Made by a program: the position numbers and the translations under genes. Below the pieces are notes generated by a model. The model was not told the origin of the DNA. It saw nothing but the letters and a program-made list of their open reading frames with translations, and ran no database searches. 64,000 bases of DNA from Marsupella aquatica (lineage: Eukaryota > Plantae > Marchantiophyta): positions 28,960,932 through 29,024,931 of the forward strand of contig OZ316892.1 of assembly GCA_973895155.1 (NCBI GenBank), in the 5' to 3' direction. Every line of letters begins with the position of its first letter. Positions within the stretch are counted from its first letter, which is position 1. This document shows, piece after piece, positions 24,655 to 38,731 of the stretch.

Positions 24655-25720
24655 GCAGTTTACTAACCTCTCCCAAAGACTGATCCTAATTATTAACATG
24701 TCTCCCAAATTATATTAATTCCTAGGTTGACTCCCTCTTTTAGTATTGGTTACTCTAACTCCTCTACTTAACCTGTAATCATTCTGCATTGGTCGTGTGC
24801 CACATGGTAAGGTGCTATTTGCCATGCGGACCCTGGCTGGTTCTACCTTAACCTGGGCTGATTCATTCCCATTTTCACAATTTAGGGAATCCCGGGATGG
24901 CTCCATCGCGTTGCGCTAAGGCAGCCCCAACCCTGGCTTCCCTTTGCCGGCCCGCCCCAGTACTCCCTAAATTTTCATAACAGGAGTGGGTCAGCCTGGG
25001 TTAGGGTAGAATTTGGCATGGCCAATAGTGCCTTGCCACATGGCAGGCTACCAATGTTGAATGACCATGGGTTCGGTAGAGGAGTTAGAGTAACTAATAC
25101 TAAAAAGGGGGTCGACTTAGGAATTAAAATAATCTGGGGGATAGGTTAGTAAAAAGTTGTTGGATTCTATGATTCAGCTTTTTACTAACCTGTCCCCCAA
25201 ACAAGTCGTGTGCCCCAAATCGGTTTCTATTTTAAGATTCACCTTTTTAGTAACCTGTTCCCCAAACAAGCTGAACTAAGGTGTCCCCCAAACAAGCCTA
25301 CTTTACTAAGGGGTCTTCCAATCAAATTTATTTCCTAACCATTCACGCTGAATAAATCCAAATTATAAAAAAAAAAAAAATTCCTAACCTGACCCCCCAC
25401 CTTGGATATGGGTTAGTCCCAGGGTTAGTATTATGGCAAAGTTATATTGGTGAGTATTATAGCAGAGTTTGATTTGATTTGACTCCTATTATTGGCCTGC
25501 ACGTTTTGCCTGACAGCACAAGGAAGGGGGTGATAAGCAAAAAAATCCTGCAACCAATGTCACCTTGCCATGTGGCAGGGGCTCACCCATGAGGACAGAG
25601 GTTGAGTTGCGTCTGGTGAGACAATACTGACCCATATACAAATTGAGGGTCCGTTTAGTAAATACATTTTGTTTGGGGACGCCTTAGTAAATTCTGTTAG
25701 TTTAGAGGACAGATTTTGGC
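24655..25720. mobile_element. Fold-back element with ~200-bp inverted arms (24690-24890 / 24963-25153) and TTACTAACCTGTCCCCCAAACAA subrepeats
   Basis: TTAATTCCTAGGTTGACTCCCTCTTTTAGTATTGGTTACTCTAACTCCTCTAC closely matches the reverse complement of ~25076-25127; subrepeats at ~25180-25300 and inverted at ~25655-25690. Confidence 0.75.
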
Positions 25721-25919
25721 AACAGAAAACGGATTATGGATGACAAAGTCAAAACTCTTTGTCAAAACGCAGTCTATTTGGTTTGAATTTTGTCAACAGT
25801 AACAGTACATATATCTTACTGCAAAAAACAAAAAGCGCCAATAACCTGATTTGGCAAAAGAACAATCAGCGCCCCAATTAAAGGATTGAATATAGATCAT
25901 TGCAAATGAACAAAAATGT

Positions 25920-26130
25920 CAAACTGTGAGACAGGGTCCCAAAGGCCCAATGAAGGAAGAACAGGCCCAACAAGCCAACGGGCCCCCACAACCAAAAGGA
26001 ACAATTAAAGGATTTGTGTTGCCAAAAGGCATTCCGACCAAAGAGAAGTGCAAAAGTGGCTATCAAAGATCTATTGACACGTGAAAGGCTATGGAAGATT
26101 GGAGGGCCACTTCTTGTTCTGAAGATAGGA

Positions 26131-26163
<33 letters not shown>

Positions 26164-26450
26164 CGGGAGACCTCGTGGTAAAGAGAGACCTTATGAAGGA
26201 GAGAAATCAAGGGGAAAACTCTAAACAAAAACCTATCACTTTGAATGAAGGAGCCAAAGCTACAAGGTGATCTAAAGTTGTGGACAAACTAAGCACTCTG
26301 CATCAGCATTTGCTTGGGTCCACTTCTTGCCATTTACAATCACCAGTTTTTAGTGGGCCCTGAGTTCTTGTAAAGCTAACAACCATTTCCACTCATATAG
26401 TTGTGTAGACACCATACGTGAATGCCCCCTACCTTTTGTAAAGCCAACCT
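25920..26450 (+). repeat. Old dispersed repeat (probable degraded LTR); related copies at ~33020-33600 (+), ~30765-30790 (+) and ~560-605 (-)
   Basis: Shared blocks: AGACA.G.TCCCAAAGGC; AGGTGATCTAAA.T..T.GACAAA; TTGTAAAGCCA.CC. Confidence 0.6.
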
Positions 26451-28236
26451 TTACTTACAGCTTTTGCTATATATGTGTTATAATCCCTACTAAAGCATAG
26501 GCTCTGTTGCTTTAGAACATAGTTAGTAATGATCTGTTTACAGGGCATTGTGGCCCACAAACTAAGTGTTGAGGGGCTTGGTTGGCATGTGTCTTGGCCC
26601 TTTGGGGCTTACATTCTTTACCCTGCTGGTGTTTACCCCACTGGCGTTTTGGAATTCAATGGTGCTATGTATTGTAGCTTTTTCTCAAAATAAAATTCTC
26701 AAAAAGAAGCTCAAGTTTAGAGGGGCTACTATTGCCTATTATCTACTTCTATAGTATGCAATGCTGCCAAAAAGTTCTTTGTCTGCATACAAATTCTGAT
26801 TTTGAGGGAACAAACATGAGCCATTCGATTGTTTTAAAGAATTTTTTTGTGCTCTTGGATTGATTGATCAGATATGTCAAATGATATGCTTATTTTAATA
26901 ATAAAATAATAGAGTATATGAGATGATACTTATCGTAAATGAGATGATATTTATCTAACATCACCTCAAATGTGCTTTTTTCAAGTAGGAAAGTACACAG
27001 GTTGGAAGGAGAATCTTTTGGGGCATGAGAAACTTTTGCATAGAGTATAAGAATCTTGAAGGAAGAAAAATTGGTTGATTTTGCTTTGCACTCTTTTTTT
27101 TCTTCTTCTCATTATTCAATCGTGCCATTTTATTTTTTGTTTATTTAATGGGGCCAAGGTAAGAAAAGGGGGGAGGAATGGAGTGGCGGGGGAGAGGCAA
27201 CGGGGTGAAAAAATATGAAAAAGGGGAAGAGAACTTTTTTAAATGTTCCCCTCCCAATAGTATCGTGCCACCACACCTTGACCCGGCAAAGGGGGGCCAT
27301 CACCTCTCTTGCTCCCTCTCACCCTCCCACATTCTTGCCACATTCTTGCCCTGACCAACAACATAGCTTTCACTACAACAACAACTCTTTCCAAAACAAA
27401 ATAAAAATGCAAAAGTGAAGCCAACTGTTTTTACATTTTTTATTCTATTTTTAAAATTTTGTAACCTTTTGTAGAAAAATGGTCCCAAATTTTGTTATTC
27501 CATCTAAACCTCCAACATTCTTTTTAGAAAACTTTTCAAAAGAATGAATGTTTAATGAAGGCCAATAAGATCCAACTTCCAACATTTTTTCTCCACAAGA
27601 CTTGTCTTGCTTGACATGGCCCCCTCCTCTCTATTAGTCTTGCTTTTGCCCTAATTCTTTCCCCAGTTAATTGGGAGCCCAACTCTTTGCCCCCCATTTA
27701 CATTTTTGTCCCCACTGTCTTTTGCTCCATCTTTCATATCATCAGCAATAAAAAAATTTTGCCCAACTCTTGGCCCATGTACAACTTCGCGCATGATATG
27801 GGACACCCCTTGGATTGAGGCCCCTGAGAATAATGTTAACATTGTCACACCATTATGAGTACTATTAGAGTATATTTTTTTGTCTACGTTTAATCGACCT
27901 TTCATATGTGTGCTATTTGAGCACTTGAGGTTTTATCTACATTTGGAGGGATAGTTATCCCTTGTGGTGGCTTGTAGACTTCATCATTTGATGTTGAGCC
28001 TTCAAGCATGAGCTTTGGCGGCTATCAATGGTGTGGCCGACCAGGTTGTGTGCACATGAACGTGGATACCTTGATCCCATCCTTGATTGAAAGGTGCGTG
28101 CATTGGGCTTCACATATATTCATGTGTGATTAGATCCTGAAGGCGTGATGATTTTGTATTGTTGGCTGCAATTGCTATTCCATTTTAATGTACATATGTT
28201 ATGTAGCAATGTGTATATGCACGATAACCTGAATTG

Positions 28237-28709
28237 ACTAGATGCCACTATTTTTTGACATGATATTCATTTGCCATTGTGTTTATTTGTGGATTAAGGA
28301 AATGAACTGGGTTAGCTCCTTCACATTCAATCATGGCCATCATTGCATCCATATTTGTGATCGGACGGCTCAGGTCTACCTCAAGGTGATTGTGACCACC
28401 CTCAGCAGGAGGATGTTGGGACAGGCTGGCCCTAGACAAAGGCTGGGTGAAAGGCGGGGCGTAGGATGGGAAGACTAAACCACGTGACCCACCCCCTCCG
28501 TCAAGTGATCAGGGGTGGTCAAAGTTACCTTGAGGAAGATCCAAGCTGTCTGATTGCAAATCTGGATGCAATGACCATCATTTGGATTAGAAGAGCTAAC
28601 CTAAGTTAATCTTCTGAGTCCACGAACAAAAACTGACAGTGACATTGTGAGTGATAGAAAAATTCAGTGGCTATACACATATTATGCCAAAAAAAAGTGG
28701 CAATCTAGT
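28237..28709. mobile_element. Fold-back MITE with ~170-bp inverted arms
   Basis: CATTGCATCCATATTTGTGATCGGACGGCTCAGGTCTACCTCAAGGTGATTGTGACCACCC (28341-28401) pairs with ~28513-28573; termini ACTAGATGCCACT / AGTGGCAATCTAGT. Confidence 0.75.
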
Positions 28710-31700
28710 AAATCCTAGATCATATTATTGATCATTTATTTTTTAGAGTTGGGATGAATTTTTTTTTAAACAATGTTAAAGCAAGAATAGACTTATTCTT
28801 GGTGACTTGGTACTTGTGCCCTCTTGTTCATGCTTGTGGCCTTACAATGTGATTTTCCCCTCAGTCTCGTGTAAAGGCTCTCCCCACATGTCATCTCGCC
28901 CCCACATGTCATTTTCTAACAAACAACTTTTTTGCTTCTCAAAGATTGTGGATCATTTTCAAAACAATGGAGGGCCATTCATTGTACTTCTCACATACTG
29001 ACTTTTAGGTACTCACCATTAAAATACTAAAACCTTAAACTTATGTATGCTCTGGCCGCCATAATTTTTTTGATGTTGCTCTATTGCAAAAGAACAAAGC
29101 ACCTCCATAGGAAGTCAGGATCCGCAAGGGAAAAAACCCAATAAACTTAGGAAACAATTGTAAGTAGAACCTAAAAGGGGAGGACTAATCTATCACTACT
29201 TTGACGCTTTTCTTTGTCACTCTCATGGGAAGAGATAGTATCACCCTGGGGTATAGAGTATCAATTGATGAAATTTTCTTGACTACAACGATAAAAAATT
29301 ACATCTAATGAAGGATGAGTAGGATTGTAAAGTCAGTATAGAGCTTAAGAAAGCTCCAGGAGAGGAAAATGAAAACAGTAAGAGGGGGGAATAATATAGT
29401 AGGAATAAATCTCAAAATGACCTTGCAGAGCCTGCAGTAGGCATTCTCTTTCATAGGTAAAGTAAAGTACAAAGAGAGAACCCTGGTATTTAAATTTCTA
29501 ATTTGCAAAAGATTAAATCTTGTGCGCTTCAAGTACAACATAGGACTGTGAGACTGTTGTGCTCTCCCGAGATAGAAACACCCTTTTGGGTGTCTTATCT
29601 CAAACAACACTCTGTAGTGCTTTACTCTCGGCTTTACTCTACACAACAACACCTCATATAAATTTGTTTGCTATTTTAATAACAAGTTTAGTTTTGATTT
29701 TGACAGTGCAGGTAACAATTATGATATCAGGTTACCACTTGAGGAAAAGGAAGCTTGGATAGACCACAACTTTGACAAACAATTTGTATGGACCCCTGCA
29801 ACCCGGATGGACTACTTTCAAACATTACTTAGAGCTCAAAATTGTTCTTTGCTTTGTATAAATGGTCACACTTCTGGGTCTTAGAAGCTTCTGACTCAGC
29901 ATGGTCAAACTGTTTGGTGCATCTGACCGCTATCATGGCCGCTTGAGTATGGGAATTAATTGTGAAAAGGTTCAAACAGTCAAACTGAATAAGTTCCAAG
30001 TTAGTCTTTCAAGATTGAGTGAGCTATGGGAAAAGCTTTTTGCCTAGTACAGTCTACCATGTCTAAGTGCAGGCTCCTGGGATCCGACTCCCGAGCTTGC
30101 ACTTATATATATATATAGTAAGCACTAATGATGATATAAGTGCATGAGAAATCACTTATGCACTCTATGATGTGTGAACGGTCCACACTTCCAACGGGCT
30201 ACCCAATAACTACATGGGAAATTCAGTAGGCACTTCCCAATATGTGTTGTGCATGGTCTGCATTTCCTAACGGACAAACCCAATAACTGCATGGAAAATT
30301 GAGTAGGCACTTCTCCCACAGGTGTTGTGAGGTCACACAGGTGTTGATACTCAGGGCCCTAGTGATGCAGGATTCAACTAGATAAGGGCTAGCTCTATGC
30401 AATTGTCAACTGCAATTTTCAAGGAGTGGGGTCCTGGTAATTGCAGAACAAAATATGACATACTGTGTCTGACATCCCTCTATACCATGTTAAACCTTGT
30501 TATTTTCTTGAAATCAATGATGGCACACCATATATTATCACATTTTAAGATGTGATTACCTTCAGGGAAGAAATGGTTCTTATATGTATGCACTGCAGTA
30601 ATGCATAAATGCATGTACATTACAGGTATAGATAGCACACTTATGTATATGTCTTTCAGTGACCGTTGAGATGCAACTATGAGATCTGCATCTTGGCTGT
30701 ATCTACAAAGGAAAAAAAATGGTATGTATCGAAAATGGTATGCTACGAACAGAAGGGCCCACCTGGGAGACAGGATCCCAAAGGCATGAGCACGAATAAG
30801 CAACAAAACAAAGGAAAAACAAATCCACAAAAGACAAACAGAACTCAAAACAAGAGGGCAAAATAATGGAACTCCCAAAAAACTTAGCCAAAATTAAAAA
30901 AATGTCTTTCAGCTGTGGATCTGATCATTACCATGATCAGCATGAGTTATCACAGTGCCCTCCTATTTGCCCAGGTCCCTCCTAAGATTCCATTCCCAGA
31001 CAACAATAGTCTATTCAAGCATTTATCTATGCATTGAAAGCACCTTATCCGCATCAAAAGATCGAGTATCTTTGAAACAGTCAAAGGCTCACCGAAATAG
31101 CGCGAACTATGCTTTTCAGTTGTCCTCTCTGGACCATTTTACTCTATTGCGATTTGTTTGGTCCTTGGAACTGTATTGGTCCTCGACTACGCCGTTCAAT
31201 TCCAATCCAGTTACACCGTTCATCCTAAATAGTGTTTTCTAAGAATTAGAGTTACTACCAAATTGTAAGAACTATCGTGATTACCAAACTGCGTGATTAC
31301 CAAATTACTGTTACTAAAATTTTGGTAAAAGTGGTATTGTGTCCAGAGTTGAACTGTTTTGTTTGGGGGTTTTTCAAATAGAATGTTTACACTTTTGTTA
31401 AAAGTGCTTGCAAACATTGGATGATCTGAGTCTAAAGTAACACTAATACTTGTGGATTTCTCAAAATTAGGTTTTCTCACACTGTTTTCCACTTTTGGGA
31501 CCAAAGTAACACCAATTCATGGATATAGATTTATATTAGAATTAGTGTGAATAACACTTGAATATGGGTAAAGCCCAGAAACCTTTACTCTCAAATTACT
31601 GTGAGTAACACAAGTTATGGTGAACATTGTACATGATCCAGGTTTGAGGTTCCCTTGGTACATTAATTTTGTTTACACGTGCTGCTATTTTCACAGCATT

Positions 31701-32402
31701 CCGTGGTCTCACTCAGCTCATGATTTTGCAAATTTTGTTGTTCCAATCCAGGCTTTCCTTTCGAACTTCCAGGTTCATGAGAAGGGTTGTTCTAATATTT
31801 TAGTATCATTGTGTCCAAGGACCATCCCGGGTATCAAAGGAGTCTGGAAGGTGGTGATTTCAGGGGTGCATTTGGTCCATAAGTTCTACCTGGAAAACCT
31901 TCAGCAAAATCCCATTATTTTCCTTTGCATAGGTAGCAAGTCCAAAATATAGGTGTGAATTTGGCAACTTCATGCTAAGAAAAAAACTGATCTGGAGGGG
32001 ACATCAAACACTGGTAAAATGAGGTGATGATGATAATTGACAGTTGTCCTAAAGCTAGGGGGTAGTGCACGGGTCCGGCACTGACCAGGGTGAATGACCT
32101 AGTGAATGACTTGTGAAAGCTCACAAGACAGTTGGATGGCAAAACTTGTACACCTTGCCTGCTTGTAGGCTGCCTTTTCCCTGTTTCTGGTTTTTTTAAA
32201 GGGTCTTGCAAGAAGAAGCCACCCCCAAGATCACAAATAAGATATAAACTTTGTCGCAATGGTTGAGAAGCAACTGGTGTTTGATCTAGAGTCCCTCAAA
32301 GAACAGCCCTTAAAGGAAATGTGTTCCTCTCAATGGCTGGTGTCTTTACAAGACAGAATGGGCACTTGTGACTTCTGTCACCAATGTAAACTGGAGTTGA
32401 CA

Positions 32403-32538
32403 ATACTGCCATGATTTTTTTGTATTTATAAAAATGTCACTGTTTTGTATATGGATGACAAGTTCCCCAAGGTAACCAGGGGAACTATATACGAAAACTA
32501 TGACATTTTTGTAAATATAACAAAAACAGTGGCAATAT
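32403..32538. repeat. Small fold-back (hairpin) repeat
   Basis: ATACTGCCA..TTTTT.GTATTTATAAAAATGTCA..GTTTTGTATAT is inverted against ATATACGAAAAC.ATGACATTTTTGTAAATAT.ACAAAAAC.GTGGCAATAT. Confidence 0.7.
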
Positions 32539-35500
32539 CACAAATTCAAATATCTTAACTAAGTGGCAGTGTACTTAAAAGCTGTAAATGCAAATCCCTA
32601 GAAGGAAGAAACCAGAGTTTGAAAAATAATGTTTGGACCACCTGAAGGTGGCTTTACAAGACGTTAGTGACAGTTTCAACTTTTTCCTGCCCTCCAAGAT
32701 GTCGGCGATCCACTGGGCAGTTTATTATTCCAATACTCTTGCCGATCTTACATGGAATGAGTGGGGCCAGTTTTCCAATAGTGTGCCAATCCTACATAGC
32801 ATTAGTGGGGCCCAAATTTTGTTATGTGGAGCTAGTTTTGTCCCACATTTTAGATGACATCTCTTGGACGTGTTTTCATCTGGTCTCTTGGCCCGTCTCT
32901 TGGTTCGTCTATTTTTCGATTCATTTGCATTAAAAGTGGACCCACAAGTCCTTCATAAGATCTTCTCTATATATCACACTGCCAAAAAGACAGGAACGCC
33001 AAAGCTTAAATATTTTTTCCTAAGACATGGTCCCAAAGGCAAAATAACCCAATAAAAGGGGGGGGGGGGGGGGGTGAGGAAAAGACCCCAAGAAGACCAA
33101 GGAGGCCCAACAAGTCAAGGAGTAACCATGACGCTCCACTCTGCTGGTCGTGTTGTTGCTCTCTTGTTAGAGCAGGGTTCCAGTCAAATAACTACTGTAG
33201 GTGACTTTGAGGTGGAGTGGACCCCCAACTTGTCTGGCAGCAAATTGTTAACTTTACAAGAACAATGGTTGAATTAATTTTTTTAGCCCTGTACACTACT
33301 CTTTAGTATTTGAAAAGGCCAACCAGTTTGCAATGGTAAACAATGTTCACAAGTGCCACCTCCCTCTTGTAAAGCCATCCCGAGGTGATCTAAAATTCTA
33401 GACAAAACTCCTTCAACACATCAGGCCTTCACTTGGGCTTGGTGCTTGCCATGTCGGGAAGGAGCCAATTCTTTGAATGTTAATAGAAATGATGACTCAT
33501 CATTCTTTCCATCTACAAATTTTGGTGGGGTCCTAGGGTCACTGTCTGGAGGCTTCACTCTAGAAGCCTAGGCCCCAACTCTAGCTTCTGTTCATGATTT
33601 AATATTAATATTCTCCTAAAGCTACCCAAAATTTGCGTCCCCCAAGAATCATACCCATACATGAATATTCTTTGCTGAAATTATTATATGTATCACACGA
33701 GAAAAAAAAGAACCAAAATTGAAAGACACGAACCGAGAGGCTAGAGATCCAATAAAATAGGAACACACGAATCTTTCCATGGACAATGAGTTGAGCCTTA
33801 CGTTGATGATCAATCTAGTACCTTTGCATGAACCCCTCACTCCACTTGATGGGCCCCTTGTCCCCCAGGCTATGAGTGTTGTATCCTGCTTTCCAATATA
33901 CCAAAAAAAAACATATGGGAATCTATATCATGAAGAAAAAGGCCACCATGACCAGAGGCTACAATTGAACAACCAGGTCATCTTTGTCCGACGTGGACAG
34001 CTGACGTTATGTCCATGGTCACTCCCAAGGATTGATGCACTACAATCTTAAATCAATCACTCAGCAAACATTGCATAATTTGCAATGGGAATTCACATTA
34101 AACTCTTATTTACATTTGTGCCATATTTGCCCATGGGAGGGTGACGAACAACCACATGGTGGTGTCCTTATTCATGCAAAATTACCATTTTCTTGGCGTC
34201 ATACTTAGTTATACTAAGATTAATTATGTGGACATTTAATGCACCCAATATTTTTAGTCATAAATTAACCTGAATACCTCCATATGAAGAGGATAAGGAT
34301 TTTCAAGTAGCTACCCCAATAGTGTTACCCGTAGTGTTACTAAGACTATTAAAGGTCAACAGTATACTAGAATATTTGCATCCAAAAACTGCTTTTACCA
34401 AAGTTTGCAAAGTATCACCGTCTTTGGAAGGAACTAGTAAAGGCTTGCAAATATCATGGGATTTCATTTGACAAGATTGCATGTAAATAGCGCCAACTGT
34501 AGACCCATGAACTGGAGTGCTGGGTAAATTAGGGTACCAAGGCCCAAGGCCACGCATGGTATTGCTAAGGCGCATAATTAGTGTTATAACAGAAGTAGTG
34601 TAACACTAATTCATGATTGGGTGCAGCCCAAAAAGGTTTGTTTGCGAATTAGTTGTAACACTAACTATGGTGAACAGTGTAGGAGAATTGGATCTTAGAG
34701 CAATCCCCTCCTTGTCCCTGGTGAGCCTGACACTAGCCACTCTGGCTGATCCCCAAAATTCTCGAAGACTATTCTGTTACTGTGTACCTATCCTCACAAC
34801 ATGCATTCCAGTAAGCCCACATGTCTTCTCAAGTAGGTTAGTGATATGCCCGTGTGATAACTATGTCAACACTGGTGGACTAGTTCCAACCTCACCTGTC
34901 CAAAGACATACATGTAGTTTTGGTAATCATTTTGTAGAACACCTGTCTTGCCAGTCCATGTGTTCTATTGAATGAGCAGCAACATAGGTACGTCTTGGAG
35001 AAAAAGCATCGGTTATTAGGCACAATTGCAAGATGCTTGGATTTTCAATAGTTGCAAAACGTGTGCGAAAGGAGTCACACTGGCACGTTCCATGTGCTGG
35101 AGTGGGGTCCTGTTAATTAAGATATTTATTTTCAACGCCTTCATTGAATAAGATAAATGGGTTTTGGGAGGAAAACCTCATGAAACAGGAAAGCAACAGA
35201 TTTATCGACTGGAAACAAGCTTTCTACGGTGTCGACTGTTGGAAACAATTTCCAGTATGGTAAACGAAAGCAATTGAGTTGATTTTTCTTCTGGTTCTGT
35301 AGAAAATCAGTCGAGGAAAACGAAGCTGATTTGGGATCATTTCTTCGCGAGTGATGTAAAGTAATTGGTTGCTTACAGTGTTGTTGAGTGTCTCGGAATA
35401 AAAGCCCATTTGACTGTGCTGACTGGCAAGTTACCGGAGTCTTGAAAAACAGACAGTCCGTGGTTTGATGATGTTGATTCTCGCTGACCATCCTCTTTGT

Positions 35501-38500
35501 GCAAACTGAACTTGTCTTGTGGTCAGTAGTTCAAGGCCATTCTCACTGGTGTCTCTGGACTTCTTCAACACTCCTTCGATGGACCTTACGTTCTGGTTTT
35601 GACACTGGACAAGGCTCCGAACTCCTCGGTTGGACATTACTTTCTGGGTTTGACCAGGACCCGAACAGGAAAAGGAACAGAAACGACCCACTGCATGCAA
35701 CTGCATGCAAGCAATCGGGTTTCTTGGGTTTTTAGCTGGCTTAAGAAAATTTGACCCAGGAGAACAGGCCGAAAGGAACAGGGCTTTTGTACGGGAAGTA
35801 AATGATGCACATCAATCAACAGGAGGCTCATCTCATTGTCCAATTGTGGCTCTTCCAACTTGCTCGACAGGAATCATTTGGACAGACATCATCGTGAAGA
35901 TTTATTCAAGGAGTGATTCTGCGGGCCGCAAATTTTGGGAGCCTCACAGAATCTCTCAAGACACAGGCGGGTCTATGAGGATTCTAAAGATCCAGTGAGA
36001 GGACTACATGTCATTTCGTGGTCGTTTCTTGAGGAACTCTCAAAGACCACTGGCTTCTAAATCATTGCGACAAAGTTTATCCCTTGTTCTGATCTTTGGG
36101 GTAACTTGTTACTGCAAGAAACTGAAAATAACTCAACGCATGAAAAGACAGCCTACAAGTCGGCAAGGCGTACAAGTCACAAGTGCTGTAGTAAACAGAG
36201 CAACTGCAGTCGTTGGTCATTGATCATGGTCGTGCCAGACCTGTGTAGTACCCACAGGTTTAGGGATCACCTTACTCATAGTCAGATCCAGGCATGGATG
36301 CTGGGAAACTGGATCATGAATCAAAGAATCGGTTTCTTGGGTTGTTAGCTGGGTTTCTTTGAGTTGACCCAGGAGTTTAGGACAAAAGATTTGCTGGCCA
36401 GCACATATTTGGCACTACAATTTATATTGTGTGACAATCCTACTGTGTCGAAGACGTCATCTGGGACTTTAGGAAGAACACTACTGTAGTCCGAGACTGT
36501 TAAGACTCTAACAATGAATGCCAACGTGGGCATTTCGAGCCAAGCTTGTTGCTCTGATAAGATATTCAACTTTCCTTGGAATATAATTTCTTTTACGTAT
36601 TAAGCCGTGAAAACCCCACGGGAAGGCGGAAGCAAGATATTCACCATTACCACTGATGAAGTACTCATCGGCAACTTTGGCAAGATCCTTTGCTTTCTAG
36701 TTATGTCAATTGACCATCAAACCAAGGATGAATGACCCAGCACAAGGTCTAAACCACAAATTATACTCGGTAGTAATCATAGTACTCCGCCGTCAACAAG
36801 TGGCCCGTCGTCTCAATTTACCATGTCTGAAAATCCAAGGGCAATTGGGAGCAGCAGGTCTAGAGGATTGTCAACAAACAAGCCCTCTGTTCACTTCTTT
36901 CCTCTTCTTGAAGAATGAGCGACAGCAAAAGAAGGTGAAGACACTGGTCAGGAGTGGTGAGAGACATTCAATTTTCCTTGGAAGAGAAACGTTCAATTTT
37001 AAGACTGACTGTTGGAGTTAACGTAAAATCGCAACAATCTGTATCACCAAAAGCCTTTGAATACGAACCCGCAAATGAATTCTTCTCATATAGCAGAAGA
37101 CCCCTCAGCCTTCTGGTCTCGTGCGCAACTAAACCTAACCTTTAATGCAATCTAAGGACCGAGCAGCAAAAAGGACATCCCATCCCTTAGAAGGACTGTC
37201 GGTTGTCTCATTCTTGACCAGGAAAAGGGATTGAGAGTACGGAGGGGAAGCCTCAATCCGAAATGCAACGAGAGCGAGCCAGGTCGGTACAGAACTCCGC
37301 TTGGGTCTAGGTAGAAGTGTAGTCGTAGAAGGAAATTTGGCTCTAGAAAGCGCACAATGTGAGCTGATCAGTCAGCATACCCATGATCGTGGTTTTTCCA
37401 AATTCGTGGGACCCAGAATTGGCACCCAAGTCACAGCAAAGCGACCAGCGTACCCATCATCGTGTCAAAACGCAGGACCACGTTAAAAACTAGAAGATGC
37501 CGAGCTCTCAATCCCTTTTCCTGGTCGCAGACCCAATTACATCAACGTCAGAGTCATCACAAAAACCTCAAGGGAAGAAAGAAAATAGGACTGTACCATG
37601 GACGGACCAATTGACACAAAGTCAGTTCTCACAGCACAATCGAAACATGACCAAGGTAGCAAGATTCTCCAACGCAGAAGCAAGACCACGCCGGAAGGTT
37701 CCTCCAACGCAACAGCGCGACCAAAGCAGCAGTTTCAATCAAAGCACGAGCAAAGCAGACAGTAGCAGCCAATTCGAAGCGCAACGAAGGCAGACAGGCT
37801 AACGCAAGCAACGCAGTAGAGAAAAGCGCAGCAGCAAACAACATCCACGAGAAACAAGGGCGTACACGGCAGCACGCGAAAAATTGTGATGACACACAAG
37901 GCAGAAATATCCACGATAATCCGTCTTCCAATTGGTTACTCTAGTATTGTCCCTGCGGGCGGACGGACGTATTCCTTCTCATGTAGAACCCTCATTATGC
38001 TCGGAAATGTTCGGGAAAAAATGACGAAGCTCGTTTGAAGTGTACTTTGTGAGAGCAGAACCTTATTTTAGCCAAATGTGGAACTCCACTGCTCGCTTCA
38101 GTGACCAGGCATACTTGGTCTCAGCAATTTGTGTTATGAAGGAACTGCTTAAAGCTTCTTTCTTCACAGGGGGATATTTAAAGTGTGTCCATCCGCAACT
38201 TCATGGTGATCTGCTGAGTGGTCCTTCCATTGACTTCCAAGCAGCTCTCACAAAGGACCCTGCATTGTGGTAATTTCTTTCGATTCGAGTAGGACAACCA
38301 GGTGAAGAGAAACAAGTAAATAGCCTGAAAGTCTTAAATCAATCATGGCCGACGACGAAGCTGCAATAGTTCAAAATTGGTATCTATCTAATCTCCATCA
38401 CTGTTACACATGAAGACAGCTTGAAAGGTTTGGATACTTGGTCTTGCCTTCTAACCCACATAGTGCTGCATTTATGCCTGAGCTCTTCCGGTCAACGAAT

Positions 38501-38731
38501 GTAAGAGAAGTACTTCACAGAGCATGAGTGGCGACAAAAAAAGTATGATGAGTATGACTACAAAATTGTACAGACACTCTTATCCTGATCAGAATTAGTG
38601 ATGCCGACCAGATAAGCAGAGAATCTCTGGTCGGTCACAGATTGAGAATGCTCTTGTTATCTTTTTAGTCTGAGACTTGTGCAAGAAATCATACCCCACT
38701 GGTTGGAAACTGCCTCAACAGGAAGCCCCCA

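Noticed and set aside
31090-31950. Exon-like minus-strand segments with AG/GT boundaries
   Set aside because: Frames contain stops and no recognisable family; a gene model cannot be supported.
36225-36270. miR536-like start TCGTGCCA and a small hairpin
   Set aside because: Match too weak and no pre-miRNA-length stem.
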